Shown here piece by piece: positions 23,374-35,462 of a stretch of 64,000 bases of DNA (positions are counted from its first letter, which is position 1; each line of letters begins with the position of its first letter). The stretch spans positions 2,108,001 to 2,172,000 of the forward strand of contig BCGN01000002.1 in the NCBI GenBank assembly GCA_001599295.1. Reading direction: 5' to 3'. Origin of the DNA: Sporopachydermia quercuum. Taxonomy: Eukaryota. Position numbers and translations under genes: made by a program. Below the pieces are notes generated by a model that had not been told where the DNA came from, searched no databases, and saw only the letters and a list, made by a program, of their open reading frames with translations.

Positions 23374-25504
23374 CTATACTTTATAATTTACCAACTCTGA
23401 TATCAATTTCACTACAGCCACAGTCTTCTCTTCTTCAAATCTTCGGCAGAGCAACTGTAGGGATACAGGCATTCCATCATATAATTCACTACTATATAAA
23501 TCCATGTGAGTTTTATCAAAAGAACTAATAGGTGTAAACTCTTCCTCGGTATATTTCTTGTCGACATTCTTATCAACTTTCAACACTGGGAATGTCATTG
23601 CTGGACAATCTAGTACATTGACAAACCTTGTTATTACCGTTGAATGAATAGAATCCCCTGGTAAACATGAAGCAGAGGTCCAAGCAGGAACAATTATGCC
23701 ATCCAATGGTTCACCATTACCTGTTTTTTCTTTACTTGCTTCCCATTTATTGAAGAATTTTTGTTGGGCATTATATTTTCTCATTTCTAGATCCCAGTAA
23801 TCATTAATCGTGTAGTGGCGACTATTTTTTTCCAAATTAGCAACCGCATGAGCCAAATTCGGTATCAACGGTTCACCAGACAATTCAGCTAATTTGATTA
23901 TCTCATGATAATCATCAGAATGATAGATATCTGAGGATATATCAAACAACTCAGGTATATCTTCATTAGACCATTCAATTACCTCATGACCAGTTTTGAG
24001 GAGCAAATCATGNATATAATCAACAGCTCTGTTAATAGGAGGATGCGGTGTTAGCAAACTGTCATTTTTAATTAAACCAAATGTCAGTTTCTTCCCCGGA
24101 GATAGTATCTGTTGTACTATTTCATTTCTCCAAGGTAAGGGGACCACCCATGAATCTGATCTCCAAGGATCTAATGAAAACACTGCACTCAAAACATAGT
24201 GAATATCATCAGGACTTTTGCTCATTGGACCTATAACGCTAGACATGATATTTTGTCCGGCCATTGTATTAGCAACCTTGTAATAGGAAAGTCTATTAGA
24301 CGTTGGTCTTAGACCNTACATTCCATGGAAAGCACTTGGGATTCTCACGCTACCACCAATGTCAGTTCCCCAGCCAAAAGCTGTAGCAGAAGCACCAAGA
24401 AGACAACCTTCTCCACCTGAGGAACCACCAGATGACAGTTCGCGGTTTATCGAGTTTTGGGTGTAACCCATAAGATTTGATAGAGTTTCAGCAAACATCA
24501 TTGACATTGGTACTGCTGTTTTGACATAGAGTACAGCACCCAAAGTTCTTAGAGCTGTTACTATATTAGACTCATCATTTTCTGTTGGTAAAGGGTTATC
24601 AAGTAAACCTATATAACCTAGAGTTGTTGTTTTACCCTTAACGTTGAATTGGTCCTATAGNTGTTAGCAATAGATAAATATGTTATGAATTAGATATTCA
24701 GAGAGAAAGCTAAATGGACATGAAGAAGAAAGGCCGTAAGCAATGATGATGATCAACGGATTACTCATACACCCAGCAAGATATATTCATGCAGGTAAAA
24801 TTATGAATTAAGGATCAGTAACCACTGTGATCATTGGAGCCTTGTCCCGATAATTGTAAATTTCGCTAAGTGGCCAGAATATCTATAATACCAAACAGAA
24901 GATGAAAGTGAATGGTGTTCCTAGAAAAACAGCTCAATTAGCCAAATTACAACTATTGGGCATAGAATACTCTAAAAGGTGGTAGTTGAAAACTTAATAA
25001 TTCATTATAAATAGCCACTTTCAAATTCAAACGTACCTTAAGAGAAATGGGGACACCATGTAAAGGGCCTATAGTTTTACCTGTTGATTCAAAGAACGCA
25101 TCAAGTTCTCTGGCCCGTTCTAAAGCCTCATCAAAAAACACTTCCACCAAACAATTACACTGAAGCCGTTATTATACAAATCCCATCCAGTTTTACCAGT
25201 TTATACTACCAATCAATAGTCTTTACAGAATTAATCATACCAATTGATGAGCTAATGCTGCTCTATGACAATAAGCTTTACAGACTTCAACGCTCGATAA
25301 TTCTCCAGATGATATCTTATTTGACAACTGAACAAGAGTCAAATGACAGATAAAGTTCTCACGTTCATTTGTCAACGAATTGATAAATATTCCCGCATTT
25401 TTGGCCTCCTCAGATGATGGGATTTTATCTAACTTCCATTCATCAGGTATAGCGTTTGTGATTTTATCTCTATGAGCTTTAGCTTTTAATTTATAATCAC
25501 TCAT
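23374..25504 (-). CDS. Amidase-signature enzyme (acetamidase/Amd2-like), 555 aa, 2 introns
   Basis: Exons 25504..25241, 25159..25037 and 24654..23374. Introns are GTATGA..CAG and GTACGT..TGCTAAC..TAG. Splicing rebuilds GPLHGVPISLKDQF (catalytic Lys); GGSSGGEG and GTDIGGSVRIPSAF are also present. Confidence 0.92.
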
Positions 25505-25594
25505 GCTTATAAGTATGCTTNAAAGGCATCAGATGTGTTAGGTTATGATTGACTTGTCCCAGTATAGCATGACAATTTGACCATCAATTGGATG

Positions 25595-25906
25595 GATAAA
25601 TAGATAAGCAACACACAATGAAAAGTTCAAATGAAGAATGGAATAGGCATAAAATCAACTGAACTACCCAGCAAAAGATAAACTGATAAGATATATTGAT
25701 GACATAATCAGGAAAATCTGACATTTAGTCAGATGATAAAACAAATGACATATATAAGATAAACTAGATAAGAGTCTACTCAGAATAATGATCGTTGATA
25801 ACAAGCAAAGGATAGCTTAATAGCTATCAGCCGAGATTATCTTTCTGAATAGAGATTAGGATACGAATGTTATTGTTAGATTGTTTGAATTGACCGTCTT
25901 TTTATC
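25595..25906. promoter_or_regulatory. Dense GATA-factor (nitrogen catabolite repression) site cluster in the amidase promoter
   Basis: GATAA or TTATC at 25595, 25603, 25677, 25685, 25735, 25758, 25767, 25837 and 25902. Confidence 0.7.
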
Positions 25907-26279
25907 GATAGCCTTAGCACTTCTTTATAGAGTCTTATTTTAGAAGAGATATTCATTCAATCCATATCTAAGTACTATTGCATTGTTTCTTTACAATTCA
26001 TTTCAAAGTATATAGTGAGCTATATATAAATCATTCACGACGTTTGTTGACCAACAAGAAGTATTATTAACGAAAACAGAGAAGTTTAATGGTATAAAAA
26101 TAATATTAGAAGTAACTATAGAAATAAGTTGACAACCATTTTCCAGAATCAATAGAAATGACAGTAAGTAAAGAGAAAGAACGTACATTTTGAGATAAAT
26201 AACCAGTAAAGATGTGTGAAAGAAATGAGAAAAAGAAAACCAATTGCGTATCAATATATTGTAGATTGATTAACAATGC

Positions 26280-28336
26280 TTAATATTCTTCCATTTCCTC
26301 GTAAGAATCAGCTCCTACTTCTTCATAATCCTTTTCTAAAGCAGCCAGATCTTCCCTTGCTTCGCTAAATTCACCTTCTTCCATACCTTCACCAACGTAC
26401 CAGTGGACGAAAGCTCTCTTATTATACATTAAATCAAACTTATGGTCAATTCTATTCCAAGCATCAGCAATCGCAGTAGTATTACTTAACATACAAACAG
26501 CTCTATCGACCTTAGCCAAATCTCCATCAGGAACAAATTGGGGAGGTTGGTAGCAAATACCAATCTTGAAACCAGTAGGACACCAGTCGACCAGCTGAAT
26601 GTTCTTCTTAGCTTTAATGCTAGCAACTGCACTTGTGACTTCCTTTGTAACAACATCACCACGGTAAAGTAAACAAGTAGCCATGTATTTTCCACTTCGA
26701 GGATCACACTTGACCATTTGGTTAGTTGGTTCGAAACAAGTGTTGGTGATCTCAGNAACAGAGTTTGCTTCATGGTGAGCCTTAGCAGAAGAGATCACTG
26801 GAGCGTAAGAAACTAAAGGGAAATGGATTCTTGGATATGGGACCAAGTTGGTTTGAAATTCGTTCAAATCAACGTTTAAGGAACCATCGAATCTCAACGA
26901 TGCTGTTACAGAAGAGACTACTTGAGCAATTAATCTGTTCAAGTTATCAAAAGAAGGACGAGCAATATCCAAATTACGTCTGCACATGTCATAGATAGCT
27001 TCATTATCAACCATAAAAGTACAATCAGAGTGTTCTAAAGTAGTATGTGTAGTTAAGACAGTATTGTATGGTTCAACAACCGAAGTGGAAACTTGAGGAG
27101 CAGGATAAACAGCAAATTCAAGCTTGGATTTCTTACCGAAATCAATTGATAATTGTTCTAATAACAAGGCACCGAAACCAGAACCGGTACCACCACCTAA
27201 AGAGTGGGTGAAAAGGAATCCCTGTAAACCTCCACAGTTATCAGCAACCTTTCTGACTCGATCCATCACTTGATCGATCAACTCCTTACCAATTGTATAA
27301 TGACCTCTGGCGTAGTTATTGGCGGCATCTTCCTTTCCTGAGATCAATTGCTCAGGATGGAAAAGGTCTTTGTATTTACCGGTTCTCACTTCATCGATCA
27401 CATTGGGTTCCAAATCAACATAAATAGTTCTTGGGACATATTTTCCAGATCCTAATAATTTCGTCGTTAAAAACTTTGATCAAATCTCATTTTATTATTC
27501 AAAACACAGCATGACGACTTACCAGTTTCAGAGAAAAAAGTAGAGAATCCTTCTTCTCTCTTACCAAGAGATTGGTGTTCTGGTGCTAGGTATCCATCGG
27601 GCTATTGGATAGTTAGAATTTGATTTCCAACAATTGCAAAATGTCGAAGTCTTAATTTAATGGTTGAACAATCTTTATCCAACTTCTCTACTGGTTATAA
27701 CATCACCACTTACTTGAATACCATGTTCCAAACAATATAACTATAATAACGTTAGTAACTGAGATCGAATCACACCAACTATTTCCTTGTCTTCTTCATA
27801 TCCATAACGTTCAACAAAAAAACAATAAAATACCTACCTCCCAGCAAGAGTTACCAATTTGACAACCGGCTAGCAAAAATGTTAGAATCCACAATACTAG
27901 AGATAACGCACCTTTGCCCATACACAATGACTATTATGCATCTCACTAAATCAAGTTGTCATGTTCCACTTTTCAATGATCCAGCATATTCTATCCCTGA
28001 GATCTTCATAAAAAATTCCTTTCATCCACGTACCTTGACCAACTAGTGATTAACTTGTTAGTATCCTATTCTGAACAATCAACAATATAAAGTACATTAG
28101 CACAATACCATGGATCAATCCAATCAATCGATAGACCATAACAAGTAGCAATCATAAACAATCAAATGTCACAAAATCATTCTTATATCAACAACCTCTT
28201 GCTGGATTCTTATCCTTTTTCCAAACACACGCTTCTATTATGATTCATTCAATTTGCTATCATGCCTATCCATGTATTGTAATGCTCAATAACCTATTTC
28301 CAAGCACATACCATTTATACTGATAACTTCTCTCAT
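26280..28336 (-). CDS. TUB1: Alpha-tubulin, 447 aa, 6 exons
   Basis: Exons 28336..28312, 28042..28034 (9 nt), 27869..27838, 27740..27714, 27601..27523 and 27451..26280 sum to 1344 nt. They give [34 protein letters not shown]...GGGTGSG...EEMEEY. Confidence 0.97.
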
Positions 28337-29444
28337 GATGGCTGATCTAATGTATAATAATCAATAAACACTACCAATTAGTTTAGGAAAACAGTCAAGT
28401 AGTTCAATCCTAATTCTTAATGTACAATTGATAAAATCTTTGATACTATTTTATTGATAATAAAGGAAAGAACAATGAAGGCAAGTAAATCATTTTGTTC
28501 ATAGGAAGCATGGAGAAGTAGGATTACTAACAGCGTGATTGAATATTTGGGAAATGTAAACAAACACATTAATGATTTGATGAGTTACCCTACTATGGCA
28601 TTACTTTATCGTTACGATGCAGGAACTAAATAGGTTACACCCAAACATTTGAAGATATGCTTAGTTGAGAAACGCGTCTGCAATTAAGGTTTGCTGGTTG
28701 TCGAGGTGATAAGAAAGAAGTTCAGTATTAAATGATTATGTGATAGTAAAATCGCTAATGCTTCTTTCGGATTATATTTATGATTATGTAATAATGTTTG
28801 TATCTTACATCTGGGGAAACATTGTACGAAGTTGCAATTCTGGTGCACTGGTACAACATTAAACACGCGGATACAACTGACCATGATATGAATATTGTTG
28901 GTTAAAGCATGCACCTTATTAGGATATATAATCAAATTCAACACTCAGATTTTTCTAGCTGTTGAATGGATAGAAATATCTATACATATATATCTTTTTC
29001 AATTAGTATCAATAACTATTCTAGAATTGTACTCTTCATGTTCCATTTTTCTCTCATCTAACGTACATTGATTTTCATACGGAACCACTGCTAAAACCCA
29101 ATTTTATCCGACCGAGGCTTCATGTGGTTCTCATTAACCCTACCCCAGACAAGTAATAATGTCTTCTCTTTTTGATAATATATAAAGGTTATTCCCACTA
29201 TATGGACTCCTCAAAGCTATTAAATGTTACACTGCTGAACCAATGTGGATGCCGTCTGCTTTAACTGTTGCCTAAGAGCTGAACCATCGACGAGCTCTGC
29301 TTCGTTCTTGATGTATATGATATGAAACGTCTGATAAGCTAATTGGATTGAATAAGCTAACTACACAAGTTCTAGATAATTAACATTCTGACCGGTAATG
29401 GAATAATATAATAATTACAGGGCCGACTATAGAACTTTCCAACA

Positions 29445-30572
29445 ATGTTAAAACATGGTTTATACACTGCTAAAGTAGAAGTTGTTGAGGCTGCATATCC
29501 TAGAACTAAGCCTGGATCTACAATCTTACCCACAGATAGGTTAGAGGTCGTTTATACCAGGTATGACACAGTTAATTCTGGCAGTAATGCTAATAAAACA
29601 TTTAACCTGATATTTATTCATGGGACAGGAATGTCAAGAAACATTTGGGAGTATCATATTGATAAGCTTTTCTCTTACGTGGATGAAAACAAACCTGATT
29701 GGCACTTGGGAACAATTATAGCTTGTGATTTTGTTAGTCATGGAGACTCAGCTATTATTAATGCTTCAAAACTTGGATGGGAAATTCATTGGAGAGATGG
29801 TGGTAGAGATATTTCTAAATTACTATCAGAATTAAATTTAGAAGGACGTACCATTGGTATTGGACATTCAATGGGAGGATATGAAGTAGCTTTATCAGCT
29901 ATTGATACACCTTTATTATTTGACGGTACTATACTTATTGATCCTGTATTGTATATGACACCGGGACCTGAAGATGCTCTTGGTAAAAAGAACCATAAGC
30001 TGTTTGCTGCATTAACAAAAGCCATAAAGGATGAATTCCCTGACGACAAGTCATATATTGAATTCTACAGTAAGCTTTCGTTCTTAAGAAAGTTTAAACC
30101 TCAAATATTGAAAGAATTCCTAAAATCAGAGAGAATTGAAGATGAGAAGGACGGAAAAAAGGTGATTAAGATGAAATCTTCACGATTCCAACAGTTGGTT
30201 GCTTACTTGGGTGCCAAGGAATCTACAAACTACATAATGCCAATTATTCATAGACTTGAGGTTCCTACAATGCATATATTTGGAACAAAGTCGACTTGGA
30301 ATCCATCGGAGAGCACCGGTTGGTTGCGTAAATTACCTAATGTTATTGGATATGATATTGAAAATGGTGAGCATTTAGTCAATTGTGAAATGCCTGATGA
30401 AACTCTGGAAGGTATAATATCTTTTATTTCTGCTAGAGCTAAAGAACCACCATTTCATGTGGCAGATTTGAATCAACATGCATTATCTGTGGAGGAACGA
30501 GAGAAAATTATGAAGCCACATTTTGATGATATTGTGAGCCTGAAAATTTTGGAGAAGAATCCAAAACTGTGA
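29445..30572 (+). CDS. LPX1: Peroxisomal alpha/beta-hydrolase (lipase), Lpx1 family
   Basis: NLIFIHGTGMSRNIWEY, D..SHGDSA..N...LG....WRDGGRD, nucleophile elbow GHSMGG, and the PTS1-like C-terminus PKL. CCGAGG lies upstream at 29112. Confidence 0.8.
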   Translation: MLKHGLYTAKVEVVEAAYPRTKPGSTILPTDRLEVVYTRYDTVNSGSNANKTFNLIFIHGTGMSRNIWEYHIDKLFSYVDENKPDWHLGTIIACDFVSHGDSAIINASKLGWEIHWRDGGRDISKLLSELNLEGRTIGIGHSMGGYEVALSAIDTPLLFDGTILIDPVLYMTPGPEDALGKKNHKLFAALTKAIKDEFPDDKSYIEFYSKLSFLRKFKPQILKEFLKSERIEDEKDGKKVIKMKSSRFQQLVAYLGAKESTNYIMPIIHRLEVPTMHIFGTKSTWNPSESTGWLRKLPNVIGYDIENGEHLVNCEMPDETLEGIISFISARAKEPPFHVADLNQHALSVEEREKIMKPHFDDIVSLKILEKNPKL

Positions 30573-31533
30573 ACGGTTTTCAGTTTCTTGTTCTTTGTTA
30601 TCTCGTATGATAGTGAAAGTAGTTAGTAGTAGCGTAGAGACTGAGATGTAGAAGACTTATAGAGGTGAATGCAATTAATTAATTCTAAGATTGTTATTAT
30701 GGATGGATAAATTTGATTTAAATCTTACCTAAGTCTTTTAAGATCATTCACTGCTTATAATCATGGCCAATATTCCTTTTATCGAATGCTTCTTGTATTT
30801 CACTACTACTATTTCAGTAGAACACTCAGGTAGAATAAAGTTCCACATTTATGCGAGATAAACGTATGATTATGCATAAATCTCGTAGAGAGTCATAGAG
30901 AGCTAACCACAATCTTATCAGGTGGTCNTTACTCTCCAAGCTGAACTGCTGAATACTTCTCTCTTAAACGTTCAGAATAATCTTATATAGAACAGTCATG
31001 AATACCTGAAAGTAAATTGTACTAGAAGTAGTAACTTTCAAGCTCATATGCATACCATCTATGTCATGTATGAAATGATTTGATTATGTAATTTACACGT
31101 GACATGAAAATTATACTTTAATCTTCCGAATCACCCCCGTATTTTGATCATTCTCTCGCCTCCAACATGAAAATTTAAAAAGCCTAGGAAGTAAGTATCA
31201 TCATCAGCTCTATTGTTGCGGTTTCCTTTCTTTCATCCTTTACTATTATTCCTTATCCCAACTATCCATCAATTGCATTCAAACCAATTTTGGGTATCTA
31301 ACTGGCTGATTCATATATTCACTCTTTGTCCACTTTCTTTAGCTGTTTCTTTGTGCTATTTCCTTATCCTGGCAAGTGAATACCCACATAATATTTAGCT
31401 ACCAAACTTTCTTCTGGTATACCATTAGCCAGCTTTGAAGTTTTGTCACTATTAGTGATAAATAGAAAGAAAGGATCATTCACATCTTTTGAATTAACTG
31501 CCTCGATAGAACATCTAGATCTACGTTTCAATC

Positions 31534-34155
31534 ATGACGGAACAGGCTACGGAACAAGCTCGTGAGTTGAAAGTTAGTGACATCTTTGGTAGCGATGATT
31601 CTGATGGGTACAGTGATTCAACTGCAACAGATGATAGTGATTTAAACGAGGAAGATATAGTAGTGAAGAAACCCATTAGAAAAGGAGCTGGTAAAGAAGT
31701 GACTTCGCGATCGCCATCACCACAGAAGAAGCGAAGCACTACTAAGACCAAGAACGCAGCTCAGCCAGAACCTCTTACTCAACAAACGTTCCAACAAGAT
31801 TTCCCTGAAGATTTTGTTCCAGATGTTGCATCTCGAATGTTTGCCAAACATGATTTCTCCTACTTAAAACTGAAACCCGATCACGCATCTAGACCTATAT
31901 GGATTTCACCGCACGATGGTAGAATCATCCTGGAGAGTTTTTCGCCGTTAGCTGAACAAGCGCAAGATTTTCTGGTGACAATAGCTGAACCTATAAGTAG
32001 ACCAACGTTTATACACGAGTATCGTATTACGGCATATTCATTGTATGCAGCAGTATCAGTTGGTTTAGAAACCGATGATATAATTGCAGTATTGAATCGA
32101 TTATCCAAAGTACCAGTACCAAAATCCATTATTAGTTTTATTCATTCATGTACTATATCATATGGTAAAGTAAAGTTAGTTTTGAAGCACAATAGATACT
32201 TTGTTGAAAGTTCTCAAGCTGATGTTTTACAAATGCTGCTGAAGGATCCTGAAATAGGTCCTTTACGTATTGAATCTACTGAAACCTTCTCTAAAGATGG
32301 TTTGGTCAAGCAAAAGGCTCCCGAAATGGGCAATTTGAAGATACCTGGGACCAAGAAGGATAATGATCAATCAATCAAACCAGAAGATGATAAAGGAACA
32401 AAACGAGAAGGTGATAGCGATAATAAGGGAAAATCTGGTGATGGTACAGGGAATGAAGATTGGGACAGCGTAGGAGACTTGTTTTCAGCAGTTGTAGGAG
32501 AAGATAAGGAAGACGACGAAGACGACGAGGATACTGTTCATTCTTTTGAAATATCTTCTGAGTCAGTAGAAATTGTGAAAAAGAGATGTCAAGAAATAGA
32601 CTATCCAGTGTTGGAAGAGTACGATTTCCGAAATGATGCAAGAAATCCTGATTTAGATATAGATTTAAAACCGTCGACACAAATTAGACCTTATCAAGAG
32701 AAAAGTTTAAGCAAGATGTTTGGTAATGGTAGAGCAAGGTCAGGAATTATTGTTTTACCCTGTGGTGCAGGTAAGACATTGGTTGGCATTACAGCAGCAT
32801 GTACTATTCGTAAAAGTGTCATTGTATTATGTACATCGTCAGTGTCGGTAATGCAATGGCGGCAACAGTTTTTACAGTGGTGCACAATTCAGCCTGAAAA
32901 TGTTGCAGTTTTCACATCCGAAAACAAGGAAATGTTTCAGGGTGATGCTGGTTTAGTTGTTTCAACATATTCCATGGTAGCTAATACTCGTAATCGATCG
33001 CATGATTCTCAGAAAGTAATGGATTTTTTGACATCAAGGGAATGGGGTTTTATTATTCTTGATGAAGTTCACGTTGTACCTGCTGCAATGTTCAGAAGAG
33101 TTGTTACTACGTTAGCTGCTCATGCCAAACTTGGTTTGACTGCTACATTAGTACGTGAAGATGACAAGATTGGTGACCTGAACTTTCTTATTGGCCCCAA
33201 GCTTTATGAAGCCAACTGGATGGATTTAGCCCAGAAAGGTCATATAGCAAATGTTCAATGTGCTGAAGTTTGGTGCCCAATGACAGCGGAGTTTTATCAA
33301 GAGTATCTCCGGGAGAATAATAGGAAAAGAATGCTACTGTATATTATGAATCCAACCAAGTTTCAAGCTTGTCAGTTTTTGATTCATTATCATGAAAATA
33401 GAGGTGATAAGATAATCGTTTTCTCAGATAATGTATATGCTTTACAAGCATATGCTTTGAAGCTCAAGAAACCATTTATTTATGGATCAACACCTCAACA
33501 TGAAAGAATGAACATTTTACAGAATTTTCAATACAACGATAATGTGAATACCATATTTTTATCGAAAGTTGGTGATACCAGTATTGATTTACCTGAAGCT
33601 ACTTGCTTGATTCAAATATCCTCACATTATGGTTCCAGAAGGCAAGAAGCTCAAAGACTAGGTCGTATTTTGAGAGCTAAGAGAAGAAATGATGAAGGTT
33701 TTAATGCTTTCTTCTATAGTTTAGTATCGAAGGACACGCAAGAGATGTACTATTCAACAAAGAGACAGGCATTTTTAGTTGATCAAGGTTATGCATTCAA
33801 AGTGATCACCCATTTACATGGGATGGAAAATTTGCCTGACTTGGCATATGCATCAGCTAGGGAGCGCCGTGAGTTACTGCAAGAAGTGCTATTGCAGAAT
33901 GAAGATATGGCAGGGTTAGAAGTTGGTGATGATGCAGATAACTTTGTTGGTAGAGGCTCAAATGTTGTTAAGAGACATCATGGAGGACAAGTTGGTAAAG
34001 TGAAAGCCAAAGCTAGAAGAACAACGGGCTCATTAGCAAGCTTAGCTGGTGGTGAAGATATGGCATATGTTGAGTATAATAAGAGTAGAAACAAAGAGTT
34101 GAAACATCACCACCCTCTTATACAAAAGTATTATTATAACAATGGTAAGAAATAA
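31534..34155 (+). CDS. SSL2: TFIIH/NER DNA translocase XPB, 873 aa
   Basis: LPCGAGKT (Walker A), [21 protein letters not shown] and the conserved XPB N-terminal domain. Confidence 0.98.
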   Translation: MTEQATEQARELKVSDIFGSDDSDGYSDSTATDDSDLNEEDIVVKKPIRKGAGKEVTSRSPSPQKKRSTTKTKNAAQPEPLTQQTFQQDFPEDFVPDVASRMFAKHDFSYLKLKPDHASRPIWISPHDGRIILESFSPLAEQAQDFLVTIAEPISRPTFIHEYRITAYSLYAAVSVGLETDDIIAVLNRLSKVPVPKSIISFIHSCTISYGKVKLVLKHNRYFVESSQADVLQMLLKDPEIGPLRIESTETFSKDGLVKQKAPEMGNLKIPGTKKDNDQSIKPEDDKGTKREGDSDNKGKSGDGTGNEDWDSVGDLFSAVVGEDKEDDEDDEDTVHSFEISSESVEIVKKRCQEIDYPVLEEYDFRNDARNPDLDIDLKPSTQIRPYQEKSLSKMFGNGRARSGIIVLPCGAGKTLVGITAACTIRKSVIVLCTSSVSVMQWRQQFLQWCTIQPENVAVFTSENKEMFQGDAGLVVSTYSMVANTRNRSHDSQKVMDFLTSREWGFIILDEVHVVPAAMFRRVVTTLAAHAKLGLTATLVREDDKIGDLNFLIGPKLYEANWMDLAQKGHIANVQCAEVWCPMTAEFYQEYLRENNRKRMLLYIMNPTKFQACQFLIHYHENRGDKIIVFSDNVYALQAYALKLKKPFIYGSTPQHERMNILQNFQYNDNVNTIFLSKVGDTSIDLPEATCLIQISSHYGSRRQEAQRLGRILRAKRRNDEGFNAFFYSLVSKDTQEMYYSTKRQAFLVDQGYAFKVITHLHGMENLPDLAYASARERRELLQEVLLQNEDMAGLEVGDDADNFVGRGSNVVKRHHGGQVGKVKAKARRTTGSLASLAGGEDMAYVEYNKSRNKELKHHHPLIQKYYYNNGKK

Positions 34156-34585
34156 AGGATGAAATCTTTTCAATTTGTTAGTATCTTCAAATACTCACAT
34201 TAGTCGAAGCCAATTAAATGGATGGGCAAACGGTATCAATTGTAGAATTGCTGATGATAAATCAGTAATAAGTAACAAAGAGAACTTCGGTTTTTGGTGT
34301 GTAAATAAAAAAGGGAATATAGGGAATACATGGTTTGTTTAGAATGTTGGAACATTACTTAGTAACTAAAAGTATGCTGATACTGTTACATTATAAATTT
34401 AGGTTTATTCATGCGGTAAATAACACCTCCCAACCCAAATTCCGCTAAAGCCTGTTACCCAATCAAACTACCAATCCTGTTCCGCAAAATATAGAAAAAC
34501 AAAAAAAAAAAAACCAACCCCTAGTCTCATATTTCGATAGTCTTTTGATAGAGTGCTGAATCAAATAAATGATATCCGGTCTCAC

Positions 34586-35462
34586 TCAGTTCTTCAATAA
34601 GGGCTTCTTGTCACTCAAAATGTCAGGTAATTCGCTTTCAGAGATTCTTTCAAACTCCGAGTCTGCGCTTATTTGATCATCATCAAGTTCATCGACAGAG
34701 GAGAAAAATCCTCTTGGTTTCTCATCATTCAACGAGCCCAAAGATGAATCAGAACGGTCTCTAATAATAACAAAACTTCTTTTACCTGTACTTGAGCTAC
34801 CTTCTAATGCTTGCGATTGAGCTTCACTTTTAAAACTGGCAGTAGCTGAGGTATGAACAGTATCTGCATGAAGTGGTTCTGGCGATTCATAGATCACAGG
34901 ACTTTTAAATGCATCACTAAAAGGATCAACCGTATGTTTTGATGAATCTGTATCATTATTTGGGTGAAAGAATAGAGTATCATGCGACTCAGCACCGGTT
35001 GCATAGCATGAATCATCAGGTTTATCCTTAGAAACCTTCGAAGAAGAAGATTCTTTGGAACAATCAGATTTCTCGACTTCTTCAGGATTCTCCTCAGTCT
35101 TCTCATTTTTCTTCAGTCTAGCTAATCTCTCTTGTCTTATCTTATCAGACACCTCAAGAATCTTCAGTTCAAATTCATCTCTTACATTTAACATGGCGGC
35201 CTTCAACTCTTCTCTATGTAAATACAGGATGTAGCCAGCAGAAACAGAACCACCTACCACTATAAATATGACGTTAGACTCACAACTTATCATTATTGTA
35301 TCAATCTAGGCTTGTAACAATTCCCTATGACTATCAAATATCTCTCCTTCGATATCAATAGAACAGGGAGTATCGTCCCACAATGAGTCTCTATCTCACT
35401 AGCTGTACTTCAAACTTACAGGTGCCCATAACAAAGCTACTAACAAGAGCAGGCCAAGGCAT
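34586..35462 (-). CDS. Uncharacterised protein with N-terminal membrane anchor, coiled coil and acidic/Ser-rich tail; 238 aa, 1 intron
   Basis: Exon 1 is 35462..35420. The intron is 35419..35260 (GTAAGT..TCTAAC..TAG). Exon 2 is 35259..34586 and joins in frame, giving MPWPALVSSFVMGTLVGGSVSAGYILYLHREELK... The start in the ORF track (35293) lies inside the intron. Confidence 0.75.

Noticed and set aside
23374..25504. Amidase as a fragmented pseudogene
   Set aside because: Two GT-AG introns join the three pieces in frame and restore the full catalytic triad region.
26280..34155. Alternative yeast genetic code (CUG read as Ser or Ala)
   Set aside because: CTG encodes conserved Leu in tubulin (EDLAALE, IQLVDW) and Ssl2 (YLKLKPD, IILESF, DFLVTI), so the standard code fits.
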